Origin: Trichoplax adhaerens
Lineage: Eukaryota; Animalia; Placozoa
Reading direction: 5' to 3'
Length of the DNA: 64,000 nt
Assembly (NCBI RefSeq): GCF_000150275.1
Contig: NW_002060947.1
Location: forward strand, 4,746,267 to 4,810,266
Shown: piece after piece, positions 27,073 to 38,490 of the stretch
Layout of the letters: each line of letters opens with the position of its first letter
Numbering within the stretch: position 1 is the stretch's first letter
Position numbers and translations under genes: made by a program
Notes under the pieces: generated by a model
What the model was told of the DNA's origin: nothing
What the model saw: only the letters and a program-made list of their open reading frames with translations
The model's database searches: none

Positions 27073-28380
27073 ATTTTATCGTGACGAGGTGTAACAGCTT
27101 AGAGATTCGATCGTATAATGTACACCTAGTGCCAGAAGGTTGTAAAATGTTTTGATGAAAAGTTAATAACAATCACAACTGCTAGTGCTATGACTTCTTA
27201 ATATTTTCTGGTGATGAGTATTACAAAGTAATACTAGGTAAATAGATGACGACAACAATTTAGCTCAATTGTTTATTAAGCCGTTCAGATTTTATACGTA
27301 TTTGATTTATAATACGAAAAGTAGGAATTGCAATTGTAGTGATTAAGTTATGTCATTCAGCTAGTTCGATAACTACATGTTGTCGATAGGTTGTATAAGC
27401 TAGGTAAATTATCTCTTTTCCATACTTTACTTTCTATTCTTGTCCTTTGTATTTACGCTTATTGGGTAGCTACTTTCAGTCATAGTTAGGGACATTGAAT
27501 TATAGATAAATTGTGATAGTATTGCCATTCACTGAGATAATTTAAATGTGGTAAGTATTACTGTTTACGATGCAATTAATCATTCATGTTGTAGAAAGTG
27601 CGAGGAGTAAAATATTGAGTCTGCTGATATACATTAGAGATCCCAGAGAACTAGGGTCTGTAGTGTGCATTGCTATTAGCTATCCCGAGGTAACTGTATT
27701 GCCATGATCTAAATAGTCAAGCACAAAATGTAGGCGTAGTGTATCAGTAAATTTTCTTTATTCGTTTGGGAAATCAAAACGCAATCTACTTCTTGTATTA
27801 CGTCATGCCACTTGGCTTAAGAAAATTCCTTGAGGCAATCTGTACAAGGCAATGGCTTTTCAATACTAAGTAGGTTATCATAAAACTATTAAATAGGCTT
27901 ATTTTCCATCGCAGACGTAATCTGAACGGTAATACTTTCTGTTTCGTAGAGAATGATGTGTACCGCTATTGTTATATGTGTTCTCTTCAGCGAAAACGAG
28001 AGAAAGTAAAATTATAACCTCTTTTGTTACTGTAGACATGTCGAATATTCCTGCTGACCTTCATGTAATAATTTCAGATGATCTAAATAGCAGAATAATG
28101 ATTGAAAAGTCAGACTAGTTAAAATTTTGTAGAAAGCATTAATGATAAATTAATTAATAGAAGTTATTACGATTAATTAAGTCTCGTATTTAATGCTTCT
28201 TTCTTAAAATATTGTTGTGGTCAAAGGGCAGTGGAGAAAGTTAATTAGAGATAGAGGCATTAAACTGATTTTACTATTTTGATATTAATGCTTTTACTGA
28301 TAGGAAACTTAAATAGTAACCATTATGTCGGCTAACTACGAAAAATATAGGACGGCCTATTGCACTTACAATGAAATGAC
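27073..28380 (+). pseudogene. Decayed GPS/7TM-like exons next to P3
   Basis: From the acceptor at 27072: (D)FIVTRCNSLEIRSYNVHLVPEGCKMF**...NC*CYD. Then a TM-like remnant (FDNYMLSIGCIS*..HTLLSILVLCI) and IVTIMSANYEKYRTAYC. Stops and frameshifts throughout. Confidence 0.45.
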
Positions 28381-30732
28381 AAAGGTTAATGACGCCTAAT
28401 AGGAGATTAGACCGTATTGTGTTAGCTAACATACTTTCAATAAATCATAATCTTAATACTTTCAGCCTATTATTTTCAGTATGTATGCATACGAGTATAT
28501 TAAATTATTCCTCAAGCAGTTGCTTAATTACGAGAAATAAATACTATAACAACTTAAACTTAATATGCCTAGTGAGTTACCAACTCAAATTATAAGACAG
28601 TAGCACTTCAGAATTACGACCTTAAACTAGTAATGACTTTGACGCTTGTAAACAACTTTACTTTCATTACATTCGTACCATAGCCTTCTACTGAAAAAGT
28701 ATTGTAAAGCAATAGGCTCTATTGTAGCGATTTACTGCAGAAAACTGTTTCAGGTTAAAAGAGTGCGGTAATGAGATATAATCTAATCTAAAATCGCCAA
28801 AATATACGATTAAATCTATTGCTTGTGAGTTAATTAATTAATAAAACTATTGAAATATGTTAAAGCATAGTAGTTTCTACATCTTCAATATTCAGAAAGT
28901 CGAAATTCTAGTTAGCTACTATTAGTCTAATTGACATGTATATTGAAATTAGTACACATTTCAGTATACGGTAAGTAAACACTAGGGGTCTTGTTTCTAA
29001 CACAAAATCTCTCCGAAAGTAGCTATCTTTAATATTGTATATTAATGGATCGTAGCATTGTGCACCCTCGTATCTAATGATTAATGAGTTTTGTGAAAAA
29101 TTAGTGTTGCTACCTATTTTTATGCATCGTTTCTGTATCTAAACAACGTTTTGGTAAAATGTATACTGAAATTCTAAAGGCAACAGCTACCGTAAAGTCA
29201 AGGGCACTATTACAGCCAAATTAGTTTTGGATTTCAATTTAATAAGTTGTTATTCTGCCATTTATTATGTATAATCATTTTTCGGTATTACTAGTTTATC
29301 TTGATTGTTTACGTAATTGCTAATAATGAGAATAGTTAATTCTAACGATGATCTGTTAACATGCCGCAGTATTTTGTGATTGATTTTGCCATTCTCATTA
29401 TTGCTATTCCAGATAATTTCGAGGGATTTCAGATCGTGTAAGTAAACAGTTCTATTCCTTATGGAAAGAAGGAAACATCTGGCGTTTACTGAAATATTGT
29501 GAAGTTTTGTCTGAAATAATGGCGATGATGATTAAAACAACCCTTATATTAAAAGCTTATAAATTTATTTGATATTAACTTAAATAACTCAGATTAAGAG
29601 TTAGAAGTCGCGAACCTATAGTAATAGTAAAAGACTGTTACTTGGTCATTACAGGAGGCAACCAATGGCATTTTAAATTGAGGCTGTTTGTTTACTTCAG
29701 CGCTACAAAAGTGGTAAAATACCTAAGATTGACATATTTGAGATTTTTTTAAATAAGATACTGGGAAATTAGAATACGGCCAAAATCGATGATCTACTCA
29801 TTTAGAAGAGAGAAAATGAGAGAATTCAGGCTGATAAATTAATTTAAAATAAACCGAAAACCCTTAAATTGATAATTTACCCATTTATAACGGTAAAATG
29901 CAAGAATTTAAGTTAATAAATTAATATTTTTGAAAGACAGGCAGTGCATATATGAAATTTGCATTATTGGCCAGTAATGATTTTTTTTATATAATGTGGC
30001 ATGATTTCACAATATTCTCTAGTCGCAAATAAAAATTTACAGCGTTTGGGATGTGGACAGGAGCAGCCATCTAGTTGATTTGTGTTATTGATGGTATAAG
30101 CGATACTATTTTATTTTTAGATTTTAGATAGTATTATCAAGCTGTTATAGATAATTATTACTCAGAATGAGGCACGATGAAGTCTAGACTTTTGCTGCTT
30201 TAGATATTCTTCACTTAATTTTGCAACATATTTGTATGAGTATATGCGCTTCAATGCATTCGATCTTCTTTAGAAGACAGTATGTTTGCTATGATTACAC
30301 TCTGACTGCTACGATATTTAATTAAAGTAACCTGGTTTACGCTATTGATCGTATTCAGTAAACGTCGAAAAGTATCTTTATGCGTTTAGATTAAATGACA
30401 ATAATTTTACATACTTTAGGTGAATTCTGATTATTAACTAGTTTCGGTATACGCTAATATTTGTATTGGTTGATGCGCTACTTTTAAGTAAGCCTCCGAT
30501 GTCAACACGTTACAGCTACTAGTGTGTATAACATGTCCATAATCAGACTCTGATATAAATTCTTGACAGAATATATATGCTGACTTAATCTAAAGGCGAA
30601 ATTCTAAGTACAGTTATGAATTAGTGAAAGAAATTATCCTTCCTTGTTTTACTTAGTTTGATAACGAATTACGTAAGAAACTGCATGAAAATTTAAATTA
30701 AATTTTATTTTATTTTGGGATTATTATTGAAG

Positions 30733-31130
30733 CCGATTCTAGCTGTCCAACATATTGGAAAGTATATTTAATTCCAGCATCTGCCTTCAGTATATCCTCG
30801 ATTATTTGAAATTCAGCGAAGCTAGCAACTATTCTAATTCGTTAAATGCTGGTTTAGTAGTTATTGACAGTCGAGATAAATAAGATTTCGTAGGAAATTT
30901 AACTTGTGGTTTTTCTGTTAGGACGTACTAGATAGGATTAGTAGATGTTAGAGGAGATAATTCCGCTACAAGTTTTCAGCATTACTCCACTGACAAAATA
31001 TTAACTGAAACTGGTTATTCGAGTTGGGAGAATTATTCATTTAATTACAAGGAGCAGTGCGTTTATCTATCGGCTAGAAAATGGAATAATATAGCTTGTG
31101 AGATATTTCTACCATTCGTTGGCGAACTAA
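30733..31130 (+). pseudogene. Full-length but disrupted C-type lectin domain exon (copy B)
   Basis: Paralog of 12433-12680 that continues YSSW...EQCVYLSARKWNNIACEIFLPFVGEL|GT (WND.C and F.CE motifs). Contains in-frame stops (TGG->TAG in YWIG) and a frameshift. Confidence 0.85.
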
Positions 31131-34100
31131 GTATGTATCTTATTTTCTGTTAAATTTCGTTATATCATTTCTATGAAATGTTTAACAGATAACAGATACG
31201 ATATTGAGAATACAAAGTCGATAAGAAACTAAAGCTTACCTTAATTGCTCTTGTAAGTGGATTTGTCAATTCTATTAATGCAATGTGATTATGGATTGGA
31301 TAATGTTTTTAATTATAATTATTGAGTAAATAACCTGACAACTAATATTTAGCCTTAATATAAAGATTATCATAAAATTTCTAAATATGATAATAATATA
31401 CAACGACATATCGAAATCGTTTTAAATTTTAAACTCTTTTACCTTTACAGATCAAACTTCGTCTCAAGGTTCCTATGATACTGCTACATCAGCATTTACT
31501 TCGGCTACTATCCTTGAAAACACCTGTAATAAGGTTGCTATGCTTTGCAGTTTATTTCTAGTTGTTAAAGTATATTAGAGTATATTAGATAACAATAGTC
31601 CTAAATATCTTTAGCAATTAATATAGTATAATTATGTATGCATTGACTAAAATTTTATCTACAAGTAGGATCTAAAGTATTGTAGTCAATATCAAAATAC
31701 TTTCCCCTAAAGGAGCAGAATAATGACCTTTAAAATAAGATTTCTATCATTCATTAACTCAAATCATTAACCATTAGCTTATTGAAAAGTTACCTAAAAT
31801 AAGATATAATATAAATTAAAATTTTAACAATATTAGTTGCGATGCTATTACACATTTATATCAAAAATGTTGCATAATATTGCAAATTTATTAACTGGTA
31901 ATGTCAAAGAGTGATAATCATTATCTCCTCAAATACTGTATAATTTAATTATTTAATAGTAGTTTTGCAAAGTAATTTATTGACAAGTATATCAGACCGT
32001 GAGTAATAGAGTATTAGCAAGAATGATAAATTCAGCTGCTTGAGAAAACTTTAAGCGAAGATGTTTTAATTGTAATTGTGCACTAGAATGGCTGTTAATG
32101 AACACTTGAATAATTCTTTTCTTTTTTATTGTATACCTAAAAGATTATAACTTTTTGAGCATATAGAGTCAAATTTTAACTTTAAATCTACTTATATAAC
32201 GCTGTGTTTTAAGTGTATACCTGTTTCTAATTAAGCGATCTGTTTCAATGATTTCACATGTTACAGATTATGAAGAGTCAGCTTTGGTAAGCTCGGAAGA
32301 CCATACATACTGTTGTAGGTTAGAGTTCTATAGACGCAAGGACAGCGTAAAATAAATTACTATTCATTATATGATTCCGAAAGCTATTATATGCTAGATT
32401 TATCTGATTTTAGGTAGCTAGGGTAGAATACTATACGGATATCGATTAATATTTATAACTCTAATAATATTAGGGTGCAAAGATTGATGCTACTGTTATC
32501 CTGTCACATTTTCATTTCTAGCTATTACTCCAGATTCGACCTCATTGGCGCTGTTTATAAGACTTGATTTACAGGATTAACCATATTTACTATTGAAAAT
32601 CGTTGCATAACAGTCGTTAATCAAATATTCCGCCAAGCCTTCGTCCATTAGAAACTTTCGGCTATTACACCCTCAACGGCAGATTATACCGTAGGATGTC
32701 TGTAGAATTTACAGTAAACCTTGCTGACACTTGGAAGTCTTAACCATAGAGCTTCTTCCAGATGTTAGTATATCACGAAAGTAATTTTCGTGGCGTTTAC
32801 TTTATTTCTATGTTACGTTCTATATATATTTATATCTCAGAAATGTTTTACGGTCTCCTTAACTGTAATTTTAGTGGTTAACAGTTGATATTCTTAATTT
32901 AGGATTACATAGACTAAAATAGTAATTGCAAGCCAGCTAAACTGGATTATATTTATCACCTCCAAGGTTGTTAAAGTTCTAGGTACAATTCCTAAGTTTA
33001 GAGGAAATGTCTTAGTAGGATAGCTTTATATGTATCTGTTAAACTATTAATAAGCATTGATTATTTTAATACTGTTACAGTAAATTTAGTAGGATTAGAC
33101 TGTATCTAATCTGTGCAGATACAATGTCTTTAGGATATTAATTTGGTTAATTTCTAATAGATGAGGTTACATGTGTAGCTAAACCCGTTTCAGTTCCGAA
33201 ACCTATATAACCGGCGAGTTCGCTGACAATAAATTAGATTCTGATTTTCTAGTAAGTCTTGAAGGTCTCCCTGTGTTAAACCTGATCTGCGTTGTAATAC
33301 CAATTGTCTGGTATTCCAAATAACAGTAGTATAGGGTAGAAATCACTCTCTCAATTCTTGTTGTAAGTAAGGGCTATTCCTAGTTCGTAAAATACTAATT
33401 TAGCTATTTCGTATTATAGGTACTGCAATTACCTTAGTACTTTCGAAATATTAGTACAATCAGTAGTATAAGCCTATTTGTAGAGACTGGATATACTAGT
33501 AAGAGTAATTATAGTAATGTTATAATTAGCCAACTCTAATCTTAACTCTATAATTTACAGATAAATTTCGCCTGTACCGGTATATTAAAGATAAAAAATT
33601 AAAAATTATAATATCCTCTAGAATTTTCAATGCATCGATAATTTCTGTAACTAGATAAGGTTTAAGGAGTGCTTATACGATCCAATTGCAGTACTTTACC
33701 TCTAGATATAAGTACTGTGCCGAATATCTTACCGAATTTTTTAGATTTAAATATAAGTATTAGAATCGATCGAAAGGGCATTCAGCTAAATATAATTAAT
33801 TTGTAATGCAAGAAAAATTTATTGAATTTTAAAAAATAAGTTTCAAAATTTTAGATTATAAAATTTATATACATTTAATTTTGATATAATAACCATTCTT
33901 AATTAAACCTAACGAACTGGGCAGAAATTAACAAGAAAGAAGAAGATATAAAATTAATTAATGAATTTAGTCTTTGCCCTAAGTGTAGTCGATGATCCGA
34001 TAAATAATTATTATAATCAATTAATACGTGTACTGAATAAATAAGTGTAGGAGATATAATAATCTATCCAAATCCCTACCATTTACGGTAAAGCACAGTA

Positions 34101-34617
34101 TTCGCTCGTACTGTATACTAAGTACAGAGAGCTATTAGAGAAGTTATATGATTTTATAAGACTAATGTTTACTGCACTAGTACATCGCATGCGTAAGCAA
34201 TATAAATAATGATGTTGTTCAGTACCGTGTGAGGACTAAGGACTACTTTTAATTTGATTATTTACACGCCTGATAGAAAATGAGAGAATATAGCGCAGTC
34301 TTGTATTAGCCATAAAAGGGATCACAAATTTTAAGCCGTTTAATTGTCTTTGGTATGTTTATTAATACTAACTTTTATTAGCATAAAACAAGTAATTGCT
34401 GGAAAGACAAAATTACTAATATAAACCAACGCATGTAGAGAATCGTATTGATACAAAAAAATTTTAATTTAAAGCAATTTTTTGTAATAACTACTTAGAT
34501 TATCTATCGGAATCGGAGATGAGATACCGAATAAAGTTAACCACGATTCTATAATTATCACCATATTTCTTTATGAGCGATAATCCAACCCATGCGCTTT
34601 GTATAAAATCGATATGC

Positions 34618-35977
34618 TTATTTCTGGATAAGTTCATTATAGCCAGTGGTTCCGGATAGATGTATCGATTCGTTGATTTGATAGATGATATTAAAAACAT
34701 TAAATATATAAAAATATATTTGGCCAAGGTTAGCTAAATTACTAAATTAACGATGAGTTCAATTATCGATATTAATTGAATTAAATTAATTAGCGTATTC
34801 TTAAAGATGATATTTAAGTATTGCCGTAAGGTAATTATCTACATTAGTATCGATAGTATAACTAACCTTTCCCTATAGTATCATAGGCCCAAATAGGACA
34901 AACGACATAAGTTGAATAAAAATACGAAATTGGCAAAGATTAGTTTTAGAAGCATTTACGATTATAGTATGTATATTACATGATGTGGAGTAAGTACATT
35001 TTAATTTTCATAAATTTTATTTTTATGATAGTTAGATAACCGTCAATGGCTAAGCAAATTATGTGCTACGAATTAATGAAGGGAATACTTATTTTGTTTA
35101 CTATAGAACTTACACTTCGACGACGGCGTATATAGCGGCGACGACGGTAAACAACACGGCGACGGCGACTCCACTGTGTAAAAATTATTAATTGTTAAAT
35201 CTTGTTAGTGTTATTGATATCAAAAAATAAAGGAAGCAGTTCTGTAACACTAGCGTTGAATCAATTAGTGTTTTCATGAATTAATTTGTATTTGCATATG
35301 CGGACGTTTTACCCATTTATATAGACTACTCCATTTCACAGTTTATAATAAATTACTTACCCACCAAGCCTTCTGCTCATTGATTTTTAATCCATGGTAA
35401 GAAGATAGTGTAACAAGCAATAGTTTATAATTAGTACAGAAATCGAATGTTTTTATATCGTATTATAAGTAGGTAAATAATTAGAGATGTCGATGAAGAT
35501 ATTTCTAAGACAACTAGTATCTATTATACAGATCAGATCAAAGACTAGAAAAACGAAATTTTAACCTAATCGTTACCAAGCAGGATCCGTAAGAAGGTAT
35601 GTAGTTATTAGTTATTTTTGTGATTGACTTACTCAGGTCATTTTTAGTAAATGTGACAATGGTATTTACAAATAACTTGCCTTAACGACTTCGGCTTTCA
35701 CTTCGTCATCCTGAAATCGTATTAATAAAACTGCTATTTTTTCTTTATAATTGATTGATAAATTTAGAGTTATGATTTATTTTGTTTAAGTCTTTATACA
35801 GTTGAGACTTTAACTTACGATATCGCTTTCCAGAAGAGCCTTTAGATCTTCTTCATCTACATCACGCATTTCGGTTTCTTTAGCCGAGACTTCATTTTGT
35901 TCAGGAGCTTCTTCTTCGATTGCGAAAGCAACCGCGAAGAATAATAAGGTAGCAACTAACATAAGCTTCGTGTTCAT
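34618..35977 (-). CDS. Secreted Arg/Trp-rich prepropeptide, copy P4 (90 aa)
   Basis: Exons 35977-35819 (MNTKLMLVATLLFFAVAFAIEEEAPEQ...ALLESDI), 35710-35681 (DDEVKAEVVK), 35372-35361 (KAWW), 35173-35114 (WSRRRRVVYRRRRYIRRRRS), 34872-34867 (GK), 34623-34618 (K-stop). Confidence 0.85.
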
Positions 35978-36482
35978 GTTTCCTGATTAGACAGAAGCAT
36001 AATTAAATAATGAAGGTTAGAAATTTAGTTGATGATGAAAAGTGATAGTAGTATAAACCAACTGTTGCACTTAAAGAACATGAAGATTTTATATTATGAC
36101 GATAAAATATAAGAATAAGGATATGCATCGTAATATATTAGAGAAAATGAATTTAATATCGAGATGTAAGGATAATTAAAAGTCACTCTTACAAAATTTT
36201 TGATAGTCGCGTAAAATTCTCGAAAGAATTTGTCATAATTTCATAATACTAAGGTAAAACTATATCTGTGCTAAATAATTTCAAAATGCATATACTACTA
36301 ATCTTGTCTCATCGATAAAGTGAGGGAGCTAGCATTTAGTATAGAAGCTTGACGAAATTTTAGTCTTCAATTTTAAATATACGGGTATACTTTGTTTATA
36401 GCACTCACATTCTATGAAGACTACAAACAACTGTGAAATTTTTTCTTCCGTTATAATCTAAGCTAAATTTGAAATGACTTAC

Positions 36483-36543
36483 CAGTTGGTTTAGCAATCA
36501 CCAAGGCAGAATGATCGGTTACCGCAAAACTTGGCTATTTATA
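36483..36543 (-). promoter_or_regulatory. Core promoter and non-coding first exon of P4
   Basis: TATAAATA at 36543-36536, the A of TCATTC at 36512, donor GTAAGT after 36483. Confidence 0.7.
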
Positions 36544-37165
36544 CTTTTTATGACAGTGTAAAATAGTGAATGGCGAGATTAATTCGTAAACGTACCCCTG
36601 CGGTCCTTAATTGACGATGTCATCTTTGTTACTGCTATCGTAATTGATTGAATATTGAATTTCAGACGATGCTAAGGGAATCTTTCTATTCCTCAGGGAA
36701 AGAAGAAATATTCCCACTGCGTTGCCTATGATACGGTCAATTTGTGTTCAAAATAGCGTTGACAATTACGTATACTAAGATTATTTCATTAGGGAATTAT
36801 TGATAATTCTTTTGAAATGTAGAGCTACTTCTTATTTTTATTGATAGTAATTGTGTTAGTATTCTTGAGAGAAGCTTGACATAAAGTCGTAAAATAGTAG
36901 AAATTGACAAGTCCGAGATATAAGTTGAAAATAAATTGGAAAATGCAGTAAAGCTTTTAATGATATACGGAATTATTAGGAAACGAGATTAAGCGAGCTT
37001 ACTTTTATAAATTGATATTTTATAACGCAATCAAATAATTAATGATGGGCTACATGCATTCTGTTTATTACTATGCATATCGTAACTAATAAGTACGGAT
37101 GGTAAACACTGCATCATTTAGTTCAAGTCTGAAATTTTATTGATTACTCGCTCATGAGTTAACAG

Positions 37166-38490
37166 ATTTTATCGTGGCGAGCTGTAACTGCTTAGGTATG
37201 CGATCGTATACTGTATACCTAGTGACATAGGGTTATAAAACATTTGACGAAAAGTTAATTAGGATCATACCGTAACTGCTACTGCTATGATCTCCTAATG
37301 TTTTCTAGTCACAAATATTAGTTTGTAACACCAGGGAAATAGATGATGACAGCAATTTGGCTTAATTGTTTATTAAGCCGTTCAGATTTTACACATATTT
37401 GATTTATAATAAGAAAAGTTGGAAGTGCAATTGTATTGATTAAGTTAGGCAGCTCAGCTAGTTCGATAGCTATATGTTGTCGAAAGGTTGCTGGGTAATT
37501 ATCTCTTTTCCATACCTTTCCATCTATTCTTGTCCCATCTTGTATTCTTATTGGGTAGCTACTTTCAGTCGTAGTTCGCGTATACTTAATTACAGATAAA
37601 TTGTGATAATAGAGTACAGTTATTCACTAGGATAGAATTAATTTGAATGTCGTACGTATTACTGTTTACGACGCAATTAATTATTCATATTGTAAAATGG
37701 GCAGTGCCAGGAGTAAAATATTGAGTCAGTTGATGTACATTAGAGATATCAGAGAACTAGGGTCTGTATTATACATTGTTATCAGCTATTCAGAGATTAC
37801 TGCATTATTATGATCTAAATAGTCAATCATAGTATGCAGATTTAGGGTATCAGTAAATTTTCGGTTATTCGTTTGGGAAATCAATACGCGATCTACTTTC
37901 TTGTAATATGTCATGCCACTTGGCTTAAGAAAATTCCTTGAGGTAGTCTATATACAAGGCAATGGCTTTTCAATGCTGAGCAGGTTATCATAAATCATTA
38001 AATAAGCTTGATTTTCATCGTAGACGTAATCTGAACGGCAATGCTTTTTATTCTGTAGGGAATAACATGTACCGCTATTGTTATATGTGTTCTCTTTAGC
38101 AAAGACAAGAAAGAGCATGCAAAATTATAACCTCTTTTGTTGCTGTAGATGTATTGCATATTCCTGCTGAGCTTCATATAATAATTTCAGATGATCTAAA
38201 TAGCAGAATAATGATCGAAAAGTCAGACTCGTCAATATTTTTAGAAAGCATTAATGAAAAATTAAATAATAGAAGTTATTATGATTAATTCAAATCTCGT
38301 ATTTAATGCTTCTTTCTTAAGATGTTGTTGTGGTCAAAGGGCAGTGGAGAAACTTAATTGGAGATAGAGGCATTAAACTAGACTTAACTATTTTGATATT
38401 AATGCTTTTATTGATAAGAAACGTAGATAGTAACCTTTTTGTCGGCTAAGTACAGATAATATAAGACCGCCTATTGCACTAATAATGAAA
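37166..38490 (+). pseudogene. Decayed GPS/7TM-like exons next to P4
   Basis: Paralogous to 27073-28380. Reads FIVASCNCLGMRSYTVYLVT*GY...NCYCYDL, with stops and frameshifts. Confidence 0.4.

Noticed and set aside
32520-33600. Coding-like stretch present in lectin block B but mostly deleted in block A
   Set aside because: Too many stops to assign a product by eye. It may be part of the decayed receptor gene, so it is not called separately.
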